A DNA stretch of 58,544 nt, counting the filler, from Dugesia japonica (lineage: Eukaryota): NCBI GenBank assembly GCA_001938525.1. It is 5 parts of 5 records of this genome, joined end to end, with 100 filler letters (N's around TTAATTAATTAA, not from the genome) between each part and the next. Parts side by side here need not be neighbours in the genome. Positions count along the whole stretch, not along the records: positions 20,438 to 38,638 come from MQRL01602112.1; positions 38,739 to 47,909 come from MQRL01635707.1; positions 48,010 to 58,544 come from MQRL01609368.1; 2 more parts are not named here. One strand, given 5' to 3'. How positions within the stretch are numbered: position 1 is the stretch's first letter; the number at the start of each line of letters is the position of its first letter. The notes beneath the pieces were generated by a model. It was not told the origin of the DNA and did no database searches. It saw only the letters and a program-made list of their open reading frames with translations. Below, one piece after another: positions 37,192-50,193 of the stretch. The translations under genes were made by a program, and so were the position numbers.

Positions 37192-38236
37192 CAGAGGTCG
37201 GCAACATTAATAAACCAAAGAACCAATAATTGAATTATTTTTTTTTCGAGAGCCAAACTTCAAATTTAAAATGTGAAATTTGTTATTAATAGTAAAAATA
37301 CAAATATTTAAATACATTGAATAACACTGTTGAATACTGTTCAATTTCGTGACTGGGATGAGGTTCTAAATCAGCTGTAATACTGGATACAGCAACTCTT
37401 AAATCGCTTTCTAAATTCCGATTGGTCAAATTTGCTCTCGTTTTACCTTTAACAAAAGTTAACTTGAAAAAAATGCTTCGTATTGATAAATGTACTTTCA
37501 AAGCATGCTCTCTTATTTTTTTATATGCATTTCTTTTAGGAATTTCTTATAAAACTATGTAATATCTTCATTAGCAAAAAATATATTCCTAAGTTCATTG
37601 TTCCATTGTAAAGATATCAGTTCTACAATTGCAATTATTGCGAGAATAACTGTTGGACGTAACCATTGATCGTTTTTCAGAATTCATTTAAAATTAAAGC
37701 TTCGATCAAAAAAAATTTTTTTATTGTTTTTTTTAGATTGATTCGATAATTCGATTTAGTCTTCGTCAGGAATTGACATTTGAAAAAATCAATTCCTGAC
37801 GACTAAATCGAATTATCGAATCAATCTAAAAAAATACAATAAAAAAAAATTTTTTTTTTTTCATCAAAGCTTTTATTTTAAATGAATTCTATCAGTTCTA
37901 GTTGATATTTTTTGTGTACAGAATTTACGACCAGAATATATCAAAATATAACAATGATCCTACTTTATTTATTATTGCAATCTTTACTATCACAACAATT
38001 CTTTTTAATTCTTTTATTAAAAAATAGCCAAGAAATAACAATTTTAAAACAAAATATTAAACAATCATTGTGATTACGGCGTATTTTCATTTATTCAGTA
38101 TATTTTACTATAATAATCATTTCAGCTTGAAACACAATAAAAAAAACAATATTACTATAAAAAATATTAAAAATTAAAATTTTTGAAATATTACTTAAGA
38201 GCCACAAAATATGATTATAGGAGTCATTTGTGGCTC
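37192..38236 (-). mobile_element. hAT (Buster/Charlie-like) deletion derivative
   Basis: Terminus CAGAGGTCGGCAAC. Transposase C-term KLTFVKGKTRANLTNRNLESDLRVAVSSI..HPSH and QLELI.LQ. Subterminal GAGCCACA..TGTGGCTC. The right end is approximate. Confidence 0.75.
37626..37889. mobile_element. 264-bp palindromic hammerhead-bearing insertion with 11-bp TSD
   Basis: TATCAGTTCTA at 37615-37625 and 37890-37900. Inverted arms at ~37680-37776 and ~37789-37889. CTGACGA-A-GAC..GAA core at 37741-37773 (-). Confidence 0.8.
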
Positions 38237-38638
38237 AATTATAGACTCTGTAACAATTATTTACGTGAGTACTCCTGCTTAAAATGACTATCAGTTGCAA
38301 CACAAAAGCTACTACTGAAGGCACTTGATTGTATTCAGTCACGCGCTTCTCAGTACATTCATGTAAAAAGAGAGCGAATGAGTGAAGACGACTAGTAGGG
38401 GAATTATCTACACTTCTCACAACGAATGCAATAATATTCAATTAATTGATTTCTTTAATATTTGATAAAAACTTTAATAATTTCAAAATCGATTCACAAC
38501 AAATTTATATTTAATAAATATTTTTATAAATATTTAAAAACACTCCAATTTTTTATTATTAAATATAATATCCGTGAACTTTATGTCTGTTAGCGTTATG
38601 TCGCGGAACCAGTAAACTGTAAAGAATTTCTAAAGTAG

Positions 38639-38738
38639 NNNNNNNNNNNNNNNNNNNNNNNNNNNNNNNNNNNNNNNNNNNNTTAATTAATTAANNNNNN
38701 NNNNNNNNNNNNNNNNNNNNNNNNNNNNNNNNNNNNNN
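38639..38738. other. Artificial scaffold linker 44N-TTAATTAATTAA-44N
   Basis: Same layout as the others. Confidence 0.9.
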
Positions 38739-38794
38739 GTTACTGTTTAGTATTTCTTATACAAGTCTGAACCATTATAACGTCTTGAATACTA

Positions 38795-39090
38795 ATGAAA
38801 AAATATTACGGCAGAAGTGTATTGTCATAAAATCGATAAATTGAGCCAGAAATTGAAGCTGAGGTATTCGGCCATTATCAGCCGAAATAACTCACTACTT
38901 CTTTACAACGCCTGTCCAAAAGTCGAACAATATACGCTACAAAACTTAAAGCAGTTAGGTTACAATATTCTGCTCCACCGTGCATATTCACCAAACAAAT
39001 CTCGCTTACAAATTACCATTTTTTCAAGCATTTGGAGAAGTAAATTGAAGATTAAAAACTACCATTTATTTCTTTACAATCCAATTTACA
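38795..39090 (+). mobile_element. mariner transposase fragment
   Basis: ITAEVYCHKIDKL..LLLYNACP..LKQLGYNILLHRAYSP. Confidence 0.8.
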
Positions 39091-39785
39091 AAATGAAACT
39101 TACTTTTCACTTTGATTTATGTATAAAAAATTATTCGTTATTTTTCGAAAATAATTTTAATAGATTGACTGAAAATTTACGATTAAAAATATATTTTTCG
39201 TGAATAAAATATTGAAAAAATTAATTAAATTATAATGAAGACACTTTTAAATTGAAATTGAACATGCGAAAATAATTTTGAAAATTAATCCATTGTTTAA
39301 ATTCATCAATTTAAATCAAGATGAACATATAAATAAATTTCAAGTTATTTGTGTTTGTTAAGTNNNNNNNNNNNNNNNNNNNNNNNNNNNNNNNNNNNNN
39401 NNNNNNNNNNNNNNNNNNNNNNNNNNNNNNNNNNNNNNNAAAAAATTTATTAAAATGAAATTTCACGTTTGAATTTTAAACATATTATAAAGGTTAATAA
39501 ATATATAAAAATTATATCAAACGTAAACCTCGAATTTATCAATTTTTTTTACTTTTGGTTTCATTTAATTAGTCCATATTTTTAATTATTAATAAATTAT
39601 ATATTTTTTATAGATTAAAATTAAAAATAATTAACTTAATAATTTTAACAAAACTTACTTCAAATTTTATTACTGTTTAATTTGAATTTTTATAATTAAC
39701 CNTAAAATAGCTGATAAAGCTTAAATCTCAATATGCAGATATAAATTAATTCAAATGACGAAATTATTATACAAGTATTTTAATA

Positions 39786-40515
39786 CAGCTATTTTCATCC
39801 TAATTAATACTTTATACAGGCAATTAAATTTTTATTCTACCAATTTAATATTTTTCTCATCAAATTCATATATTTTTCAACTAATTTAGTACCCAAGTGA
39901 ATTTTTTGTATTTTTTACAAATTTCAGATTGGAACAAAATTGTTTAGACATCGTTTAATACATTGTAAATACATTATTTATATATGGTGTTATTTTTTTT
40001 AAAAATTAAAAAAAGAGATCCTAATAAAATAGATGCCTAATAAAACNATTAAAGACAGTGGCCGAGAAAGAATTGTCACGATGCATCTTGATGGATATTC
40101 TAAGCCTGAAATTTCCCAAATCATGTATATCCCATTTCCATTTGTCTGTAATGTGATCAAGTTGTACGATGAAACAGGTCGCATAAAAGCAAAACCCCGT
40201 GGCAGTCCAAAAGTTACAAAACTCATACCTGAGACTAGAACAGCAATTCGCTCTTGGATTGACGAAGATTGCGGTATTGCTCTAATGTCTCTTGTTAAGA
40301 AAATTCATTCAGAGTTTAATATCACTGTTTCTATGTCTGCAGTTAACAGGGCCATGTGCAAGTTTAACTACAGTGTTAAGGGCACCAGTCTCATCCCAGA
40401 GAGGCATTTAAAGCATTTTGTAAGTAAATTTTTCAAAATTTTTCTTGACTATTAAAGTGAATGAGAAAAATATTAAATTGATTGAATAAAATATTAATTG
40501 AGATGAAAACAGCTG
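39786..40515 (+). mobile_element. Tc1/IS630-like internally deleted transposon retaining the HTH-coding half (ORF 40033-40455)
   Basis: TA-flanked TIRs CAGCTATTTTCATC / revcomp CAGCTGTTTTCATC. ORF RERIVTMHLDG..YDETGRIKAKPRG..ITVSMSAVNR. Confidence 0.8.
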
Positions 40516-41099
40516 TAAGTCTCTCCCTAATTTATTATTCGTATTACTCCCAATATAAAAGGATTTAGATTATTTAATACACAAATACTAATAATGAAGA
40601 TTTTAATTATTTTAGGGATTTTTGAAAAAATACCTAAAAAAAGAATTTTAATCACAAAATATCTAAAAATATTTATAGAATTTATAAAATACCTAATGAA
40701 ATTTAATAACAAAAATCAAAAATTACTTAATAATATCAATCTTTTGTTTATTCAAATATCATATATTATATATTTATATGATTACCCCTAAAATGGAAAA
40801 TGTAAACGAATAAATTCAAAGATTTCAAAACTCACTTATAGATCAAGAGCTATAAAATGCGATATTTGTAACTTGTCCCAGGCAGATAAACAATTAATTT
40901 ATATTAATTTTTTAAATTGATTTTTGTGTATATTTTAGGTATTCTAAAAATTCCATAAATTTTCTTAGGGTATTTTATAAATTCTATAAATATTTTTAGG
41001 TATTTTAAAAATAAAATTCTTTTATTTATTTCAAAAATACCTTTATTTTAAATCTATCAAATTGCCATTTGTAATAATATTCGAAAAACCAAAATTACA

Positions 41100-41500
41100 A
41101 AATGCTGACAATTGACGAAAGGTCGGAAATTGTATTGTTGATGGCTCGACATCAATCGTGTATCAAAGTTCGTTGAGAATTAAAAAGGAAAAAATTTAAA
41201 AATTTTATAGTTCTGTTACTAAAACAAAAAAAACTGTTACAAAAGAGTTGGTTTAAAGAAGACAGATATTGGTCGGTAGATATTCAGAAATTTCTTAATG
41301 AAAATTTTCCATCACGCTGGATTGGATTCTTACATGGCCTGAATGATCTCCCAGATTTTACTCCACTAGAAAATTTAATTTGGGGTTATCTGAAAAATTA
41401 AGTTTGCAGACAAAAACCATGCAATGAAGAGCCACTAATGGAATTTATTTCAAATAAAGTTTCTAAGATAACCAAACAAGGATAGAGACGGTGTATAATG
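41100..41500 (+). mobile_element. Tc1/mariner-superfamily remnant
   Basis: MLTIDERSEIVLL (HTH start) and ...FPSRWIG..PDFTPLENLIWGYLK. Confidence 0.65.
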
Positions 41501-42099
41501 GAAAAGACTTTGTTTATGACTCCTTTCTGTACAAAATGATCAATTTTAGAACTTTGAATCCTCACATTTGGGTTTTGAACAGCATATTGACAACAACATA
41601 TTGTAAATTATATAGGTTATATCGAAAAAATGATAGTTTTTAAATTTTAAATATTTATAAATATTTCAAATTAAAATTGTGTTTAANNNNNNNNNNNNNN
41701 NNNNNNAACTTGCAATCTATGTTTTCAAAATTAATTTCAGGTTATAATAGAATGCAAAAAAGATAAAATATATTTCTTAATTGAAACTCTTAGACGTAAC
41801 AACTTTAAAATTACAAACTTGTTATAAAATAAATATTTAAGCCTTGTGAGGTTTATGAGATCCTTCAGAAAGCATGGCCGCAGGACTATATAAGTGTAAT
41901 TAAATTTAAGAGACAATTTATGAGACGACTTATGAGATAATTTTGTACTGGAGAAAGACAAGCATTTCAGCTCCAGAAAGGAAGAGGAGACAAAAAAGTT
42001 AGGAATGTTTATTTAACATTGATAATGTTAAAACGTATATAGAAGAATATGATAATATGACGAAATATCCGAATAATTGCAAATAATTCGTTCGATGGT

Positions 42100-42810
42100 T
42101 CAGCGTGTAATTCAAGAAGAACTAGAGGTTCTATGGTATCACACAAAATGGGTACTTCATTCTCTTATAAATGCAATAAAACTCTTCTCGTTGATAGATG
42201 TAAAGAATTAATTTGTTTTTTACAAAAAAGGTTGTGTAGGCTAAATCNNNNNNNNNNNNNNNNNNNNNNNNNNNNNNNNNNNNNNNNNNNNNNNNNNNNN
42301 NNNNNNNNNNNNNNNNNNNNNNNNNNNNNNNNNNNNNNNNNNNNNNNNNNNNNNNNNNNNNNNNNNNNNNNNNAAATGAAGTACAGGGTCATTATAGCTA
42401 TTTTACAAAGAGGGTACCATTACTTTGAAATATTTGAACGGAGTGAAACGATCAATGCTGAGAGATATATCCAATTTCTCTAAAATCTTCTAAAAAATAA
42501 TTTTCTTCAAAAAGGACATCAANGTTTTCTCCCACAAAAAATGTATCTTATGCATGACAACACTCGATCACATATTGCTCACGGTACTATTGAATTCTTA
42601 GACTCTAAAACGTAAAACACTTTCGTCAACCTCCCTATTCACCAGATATAATTATTTGTGACAATTATCTTTTTTGAAAACTAGAGAGAAGTCATACAGA
42701 TTTTAAACATATTAATGAAATAAGCAAATTTCTAAATAGTGAGCTACAATATGAGTAATGCATGGATGCAACAATGAAAAAAATTATTGAGGCTGGTGGC
42801 TGCTATGTAT
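42100..42810 (+). mobile_element. mariner transposase remnant
   Basis: ETINAERYIQFL, LMHDNTRSH and QPPYSPDIIICD. Confidence 0.75.
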
Positions 42811-42949
42811 AAAAAACATTTTATATATATTATTCTTTTTATAATTATATTCTTTTTACAGATTTAAAGTTATGTTTATATTTTGAATCAATTAAACAAA
42901 TAAATTTAAAAAGTTAAAGAATAATTGCAATCTATTTATAAATAATTTA

Positions 42950-43560
42950 ACACGCAATTTAATTAAATATTTATTTAACGCAACAAGTTTCGACAGTATA
43001 TCTGTCATCTTCAGGCAAAGTGTTTAAAATGAAGAATAGAGTATATATACTTAAGTTCCGCATTATGCAATCGATTATGTAATAGTACAATAAAACTCCA
43101 ATTAATTAAAGACATTCAATAAATCTTTATTGACACCACTTTGAACATTAATTTTTGGATCATATTATCTAATCATCAATGCTTCGCACATGGTTCTTTC
43201 CCAATAATCTTTAAAATTTCTGCACAGAATTTTGAAATTGTTAATATTTATAAGACATTTACATTGAATATTGTGTTCAGCAATATTACTGCAACTACCT
43301 AACCGACCATCTTCCTGAATCTTTTTACAGAGATGATGGGAAGTCTCTCCAATGTATGTGGCATTANNNNNNNNNNNNNNNNNNNNNNNNNNNNNNNNNN
43401 NNNNNNNNNNNNNNNNNNNNNNNNNNNNNNNNNNNNNNNNNNNNNNNNNNNNNNNNNNNNNNNNNNNNNNNNNNNNNNNNNNNNNNNNNNNNNNNNNNNN
43501 NNNNNNNNNNNNNNNNNNNNNNTTTTTAAAATCTTTAAAGCCCTCGGAATACGGAATATT
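42950..43560 (-). mobile_element. Penelope-like element 3' end (GIY-YIG C-terminus plus pLTR hammerhead)
   Basis: NNFKILCRNFKDYWERTMCEALMIR*YDPKINVQ, followed by a hammerhead at 42979-43017. Confidence 0.75.
42979..43017 (-). ncRNA. Minimal type I hammerhead ribozyme
   Basis: TGC-CTGAAGA-T-GACAG atata CTGTC-GAAAC-TT-GTT-GCG. Confidence 0.7.
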
Positions 43561-44819
43561 TAAAACATAACAAATTTTATCAATTTTATTAGATTTTTAA
43601 ATTTTTTTATTAAATTTAAATATTTTAAAATTATAAAACGATCACATTTTTTTATATATCCTATATTTGAACATATCAGTATCAATATTAATACCAATAT
43701 CAATATCAATATCAATATCAATATTAATATTAAATTCATACATAGATTGCTCAATATCTATTACGAAAAAGTCACCAAAACTAATTTTTAAATATTTTAT
43801 TGTTTTTCAAAATAATCTCCTTCGTGATTGATACATTTTTTCCGTACGAGAAACCCAATTTTCAAAACATAGTTACCATAGTGAATCAGGTATTTTGGAA
43901 ACAGTGGTGTGTGTGAATTTGCATTGTCATGATGAATGATCCGGCGCCACACGTTGTTTATTCCTTATTCTTTCAATAATCTCTGGAAAAGAAATGATTA
44001 TGTACCATTCAGAGTTAAAATTCTAGTAATCTGATCGGCACACTGTTGATGAAAAAATTCACGTCGGAAATTGTAAAAAATAATACCATGAAAATTAACA
44101 CGAATTAAATTCATTTTTAAGCAGGGATAACNAATTCAAATTTAAAATTTTTAATATTGATTATTCAAATAAAAGTTANAAATTTTNTATGTTGATAATA
44201 ATAGTTACACTTCATTTAGAAAATATCAGATCGCATCTAGCTAAAGTAATGTCGTTAGATCGCGATATATATACATATATCGAGAAAACCACGTATCATA
44301 TCATGTCAATATTGATATCAAAACCAATATCTATATTAATATCACTATAAANNNNNNNNNNNNNNNNNNNNNNNNNNNNNNNNNNNNNNNNNNNNNNNNN
44401 NTTCACGTCGGAAATTGTAAAAAATAATACCATGAAAATTAACACGAATTAAATTCATTTTTAAGCAGGGATAACAAATTCAAATTTAAAATTTTTAATA
44501 TTGATTATTCAAATAAAAGTTAAAAATTTTGTATGTTGATAATAATAGTTACACTTCATTTAGAAAATATCAGATCGCATCTAGCTAAAGTAATGTCGTT
44601 AGATCGCGATATATATACATATATCGAGAAAACCACGTATCATATCATGTCAATATTGATATCAAAACCAATATCTATATTAATATCACTATAAATGCCG
44701 ATATTAATGCTAATATCAATATAATATTCATTTACAATATATATCTATATTTCAAATTATTTTTAAATTACAGATTTGTAATTTTATTATTTTTCTAAAA
44801 TTTAATAAAAAATTAGTAC

Positions 44820-45216
44820 CCATTTAACCCAATATGGTCTATATCCTAAATTCTTTGGATCAACATAAACCATACCACATCTTGAAATTGTTGCTGGAGA
44901 GGCATATTGTAAATCACCAACTTCAAATAATAAAGAACAATGTGGCTGTAATCGAATTCGTTCACCATTAACAAGAGTTAATAATTTATTATCATCCATA
45001 ACGGAATTCATATTCTCAATCCATAATGCATCAACGTCACCATCAAATAATAAAAAACGTCTCTCTTCTTTATCAGTTTGTTGATTTATTTGACGAAATA
45101 TCGATGAAAGTAAACCATCTGTCCAATCTCTACTTGCTGGATCCAATATTCCATATAATTCATTAACTGTTCTTTCTTTGGGATTAATTGTGTACAGCTT
45201 TGTTTGTACTTTCAAA
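44820..45216 (-). CDS. DNAH10: Axonemal dynein heavy chain exon (AAA2), DNAH10-like
   Basis: ELYGILDPASRDWTDGLLS..LFDGDVDALWIENMNSVMDDNKLLTL..ASPATISRCGMVYVDPKNL. AG/GT boundaries; phase matches the upstream exon. Confidence 0.9.
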
Positions 45217-45999
45217 CTTAAGATTTAAACAAAAATGTTTGTTAATGCAAATAAATATAAATTAAAAATAAAAAATCAATAATAATTTCAATTAAACAAT
45301 ATTAAAAACAACAAATCAATAAATGTTTTTAAAGATTTAAATTTGTATGTTTTTCTCTCAGTTTCTCGTGAATTTTACTAGGTTCTCTGGAAAATTCATT
45401 CGGTTTTTCACTAATAAATAAAAGCAATTTTTAAACACAGAAAATCTTTATTTTAAAACCTTTTATGCACTATTATCAACAATTTTTTACTATCATTCTG
45501 TCAATATCGTAATTTCTTTTTCAAAAAATTTCTGATTTTTTCAACAAAAAATGCATCCCAGTTACGTTTTGATACTGTCACCTGGAGTAAAGATTTTTCC
45601 AGCCAATGAATAAATTCATTTATTTTATTTTNNNNNNNNNNNNNNNNNNNNNNNNNNNNNNNNNNNNNNNNNNNNNNNNNNNNNNNNNNNNNNNNNNNNN
45701 NNNNNNNNNNNNNNNNNNNNNNNNNNNNNNNNNNNNNNNNNNNNNNNNNNNNNNNNNNNNNNNNNNNNNNNNNNNNNNNNNNNNNNNNNNNNNNNNNNNN
45801 AGCAAGAATTTTCTGTTCAGCCTGATATAATATGGTTTGAATAATATTATTTGAAATGTTAGGTTAGTGTAAATATTATGATTTCTTGACTTTTTTAATC
45901 ATTCGAAGATCACAGTAGACATATGGTAACAGTAAACATCAATATCTGCTACTTAAAGAAATAAATCAAGAGTTTAAAAAAATATCGTCACATCAAAAA

Positions 46000-47030
46000 A
46001 TAGTTCTTACTGCAGCACAAAAATTGACTCCCAATTGAGATCAGGAAGACGTATACTAGCTGAAAACTCGAATATGCTCTAGAAACAATAAGGAGCAGAC
46101 TTCTAAAATGAAGAAACTCCTAAATGAAAGTAGGAAAAGAAAAACTCTGTGAGAGATTCAAAGTTACTGCGAAGACTGGGAAGATAAAGAGAGAACCCGG
46201 CAATTTTCTGCTATTGATGACGATGTTTTAAAATAAATAGTCAGAAAGACCCAAGAAAAGTGTGTCAGACATAGCAGCAAAGATGCATGTTTTGCAATCA
46301 AATGCCTTCAAACATCTGAANNNNNNNNNNNNNNNNNNNNNNNNNNNNNNNNNNNNNNNNNNNNNNNNNNATGCCGCATGATCTTACGGAAATCCGAATG
46401 AAAAGAAAATTAGAGGTAGCAAAATTTCTCGTCTGAAGTTATTCCATGGATTCCTCCTTATATTGCCTTATTACTTGTCATGAGAAGTGGATTATTTATG
46501 ATAAACTCAAACGTTCTGCACTATGGTTATTAGTTGATGAGCCCCTTAAACAGTTCTCAAAAATGAAGCTCCATCTGAAAAAGCTTATGCTTACTGTATG
46601 GTGGTAAACAGCGGGAAAAATTCACTTTTCTTATACCCAGCCTGGCAAAACAATCATTGCGACATCGTACTGTGAGCAGTTGGATAAAATTCACAAAGAA
46701 TTTATGCAAAATGGCCAGTATTAGTCAATCGAAATGATCCAATACTCCTTTACGACAACAAACGTCCCCATGTTTCACAAATGGTCGTACAAAAACTACG
46801 TAAGTTAGGATATGAAACTCTATGTTACCCACCATATTAACCGGGTCTGGATCCTACAGATTTCTATTTCTTTAAACATTTTGATCCCTTTCTGAATGAT
46901 TTAAAAAATCAAAGAAATATGAAAACAGCATTCAAACGTTTCTTTGACTCCAGAAATCCCGATTTATTAAAATGTTAATCGATAAACTTTTACCTCGTTG
47001 CATAGATTCCAATGGTGCTTATCTTTTAAA
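46000..47030 (+). mobile_element. mariner element within the dynein intron, degenerate
   Basis: PHDLTE, ITCHEKWIIYD, KLMLTVWW, LLYDNKRPH and YPPY*PGLDPTDF. Confidence 0.9.
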
Positions 47031-47312
47031 AAACTTGTGTAATGGACTTAGCTATTACAGTTTAAAGTTTGGTTTCAAAATCAAAAAATTTTCAAAAAAT
47101 TAAGAAAATGAATTAATAATTTTAGAAATTATCAACAAATTTCGGTAGATTGACTGATATTTTTATACAAATTTTGTAAACTGTGAAAAATTGACAAATT
47201 GAATGTATATATTTATGAAATCAATGAAGTAAATACTTCAAAAAAAATTTAAATGAAAATATAATTTAAAAATCTTTAGTTTTGTTTTATAATTTCAATA
47301 TTTAAAACACAC

Positions 47313-47431
47313 TTTTTCAATGATTGACACAAGGATTTTATGACTGTCGATTTTCCACCACAGGTCGGACCAACAACCATGACACAGTGTCTTGTTAGAA
47401 GAATTTCATATAATTGAACTACTTTATCAAC
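47313..47431 (-). CDS. DNAH10: Dynein heavy chain exon carrying the AAA2 Walker A
   Basis: cag|VDKVVQLYEILLTRHCVMVVGPTCGGKSTVIKSLCQSLK|gt. 119 bp, phase 2, joins in frame to 45216. Confidence 0.9.
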
Positions 47432-47909
47432 CTGATTTATAATAAATAAATTATTTAAGATNAAAAAATCTGTTTTTAAAATTTTGTTTTTAATGAAAAA
47501 AAATTTTAAAATTAAATTAATAATAATATTATAAAAATTTTCAAAAAGTATTATCTGATTTCCAAGAGCAATAAAAATCTAAAATTAACTTTTGTTGAAA
47601 GAAATATGTAAACATCTTTTGTAAAAAATATTAATTTAACTTCTTTAATGTTAAATTACTGCTATGTTCGGGTATATTTTCGGCCAGTTCAATATTTTTT
47701 TCTATAATTTTGTCGTGTTCAATCAAACGATCTGTCAATTCCACAATACATTTTGTTAAGTTTATTCTTGTCGTTTTTTTGAAAATGCCATGATGATTTC
47801 TTGCCAACTTCAAATTTTACAATTATAATTGTAAATTCCATTTCATACCAAATTTAAAAAATTGAAATGTTTATATTATATATTATATTAAATATATTAT
47901 ATTATATTA

Positions 47910-48009
47910 NNNNNNNNNNNNNNNNNNNNNNNNNNNNNNNNNNNNNNNNNNNNTTAATTAATTAANNNNNNNNNNNNNNNNNNNNNNNNNNNNNNNNNNN
48001 NNNNNNNNN
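47910..48009. other. Artificial scaffold linker 44N-TTAATTAATTAA-44N
   Basis: Same layout as the others. Confidence 0.9.
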
Positions 48010-48160
48010 TCGAAAAAAACGAAATTTATAAAAAATTAAAAAGTTGTCTGTCGGATTAGTTATCAATGTGTTCTTGGAAAGGTAGAAAACCAAGAAGATT
48101 TATTATATTTATCAAATTTAAATAATAAAAATATATTTTAACAAGAAGCTTTTAAAAAGT

Positions 48161-48197
48161 CAATTCCTGACGAAGACAAGGTCGAAATATCGAATTG
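48161..48197 (+). ncRNA. Minimal type I hammerhead ribozyme (best-conserved copy)
   Basis: CAATTC-CTGACGA-A-GAC aag GTC-GAAA-TA-TC-GAATTG: 6-bp stem I, intact core, AUC cleavage triplet. Confidence 0.8.
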
Positions 48198-48760
48198 TTA
48201 TCCAATATCAATAAATAAAACCTAAATTTTGATCAAAGCTTTTATATTAAATGAATAACTGTTTTTATTTTACTTAATTTGTTATAATTTTAGAAATTAT
48301 TAGGACGATAATATTTGTTACAACTAACTATCATTAAATCATTAAAAATTAGTATGTTTCCGTCTAAAAAGACTTAAGTTGTTTATTTATTGTTTGTAAT
48401 ATTTTCTCCATGTTTGATTTTACTATCCATTAGGTATCCATTTTTCGTGTCAAACTAATTATTTTTTTTAAATAGATAAGAGAATAAATCAGAATTTGTT
48501 TCTATATTTTAAACGGTGTGTCATTAATCCTAATCTTCAATCTCAAATTGATTTCTTGTGTGTGCGTGTGGGTGTGTAATTTTTATTGATCGATATAATT
48601 GAATAAAAAGTATTATGCTCTATTAAGTTATTATAAATCATTTTACAATCTCTGTAACATTTATTTTGATTATCTTTCATTAATATACACATGGTGAACA
48701 CATACAAATATTTAAATTGAAAATACAACATAATGAAATATATTATTTAAAACATTATAT

Positions 48761-49216
48761 TACGTGTACCGGAAAGTGATGCGAAAAATTTAAAAGATAC
48801 ATAAAAATATTTTATTCAAAGAAATGTCCATTACTAATTAAGCATTTNTCCAATCTTTCGGGTAAGTTGTGGATGCCGTCCCAAAAGAATTTTTCTTCTT
48901 TCGAGCCGAACCATTCAGATATCCATTTTTGGAGATCTTCGTAGGTTTTGAAGTGCTGCTCAGCAACTCCATGTGCCATTGATTGGAACAGATAAAAATC
49001 TGAAAGAGCAAGATCTGGTGAGTATGGCGGGTGAGTGAGTACTTCCCAGTCTAGATCTTTTAACATGTTTTTTACTTCTTTTGAAGTGTGACGATCCATT
49101 GTCATGGAGCAAAATTACTTTACCATGTCTTTTGGCCCATTCTGGACGTTTCGTAATCAAACATTGGTTCAGCTCCATTATTTGTTTTTGATAGCGATCA
49201 GCATTAATAGTTTCAC
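48761..49216 (-). mobile_element. mariner element 3' part
   Basis: KVILLHDNG, WEVLTHPPYSPDLALSDFYLF and FFWDGIHNLPER. Probable TIR starts near 48761. Confidence 0.9.
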
Positions 49217-49951
49217 NNNNNNNNNNNNNNNNNNNNNNNNNNNNNNNNNNNNNNNNNNNNNNNNNNNNNNNNNNNNNNNNNNNNNNNNNNNNNNNNNNNN
49301 NNNNNNNNNNNNNNNNNNNNTTTATGAAAATTATTATGATTCGAGTAAATTATGAATTTTTCAATTATTGTGCTGTAATATATTTTGTCATATTAACTTG
49401 TTCATTAAACAAAATATATAAACATCAAATACACAATAAATTAGGAGTGGGCAAACTGTAAACCACCAGAAAATCTTTAATAATTTCAATTATATTATAC
49501 TGTTTTATTGAAGAAATTTATAGTTTTAAATTGAACATACAAATATGTGTGAAATGAATAGTTGTGATTTAGAAAATAAGTTATCTTTAGAAGATGCACC
49601 TAACAATTATTATTATTAGACTCAGAGTAGACATACTCGTGCATAAAAGATTCGGACATAATTTTACAATATTTATTCCAAAATACAAATTAAGAAATCT
49701 TCTGTATATTTCCAATAAAAATATAATAATTATAATAATATAAAATCTACGTATTCCAATAAAATTCGATAATTAATCAATTGCGAAATCTTTCACAAAA
49801 TAACTAATTTTAATTTACACGCTTCTTAATTTATTTTCGTTTCGTAAAATTCTAAATATTTAATCAAACTACTTGTTATTTTAAAATCATTAATTTCTTA
49901 TTAATCTCTAAAAGATTCAAACTTAAAAATATTCATTTACTTATTCTGATA

Positions 49952-49954
<3 letters not shown>

Positions 49955-50020
<66 letters not shown>

Positions 50021-50070
50021 NNNNNNNNNNNNNNNNNNNNNNNNNNNNNNNNNNNNNNNNNNNNNNNNNN

Positions 50071-50136
<66 letters not shown>
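49955..50136. repeat. (ATT)n microsatellite, partly masked
   Basis: Direct reading. Confidence 0.95.
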
Positions 50137-50193
50137 TATTAGGTAATTAAAAATTTGTACATTAAATTATGAATAATGATTCTAAATTTCCAG

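Noticed and set aside
44058-44695. ~295-bp direct duplication on either side of a 50-N gap
   Set aside because: The copies are identical apart from Ns and abut a gap, so this is most likely an unmerged contig overlap.
50169-50193. ATG 50169 as the TENT5 start
   Set aside because: The conserved N-terminal part with the GS motif is missing, and a good acceptor (tttccag) lies at 50193, so this is probably intron sequence.
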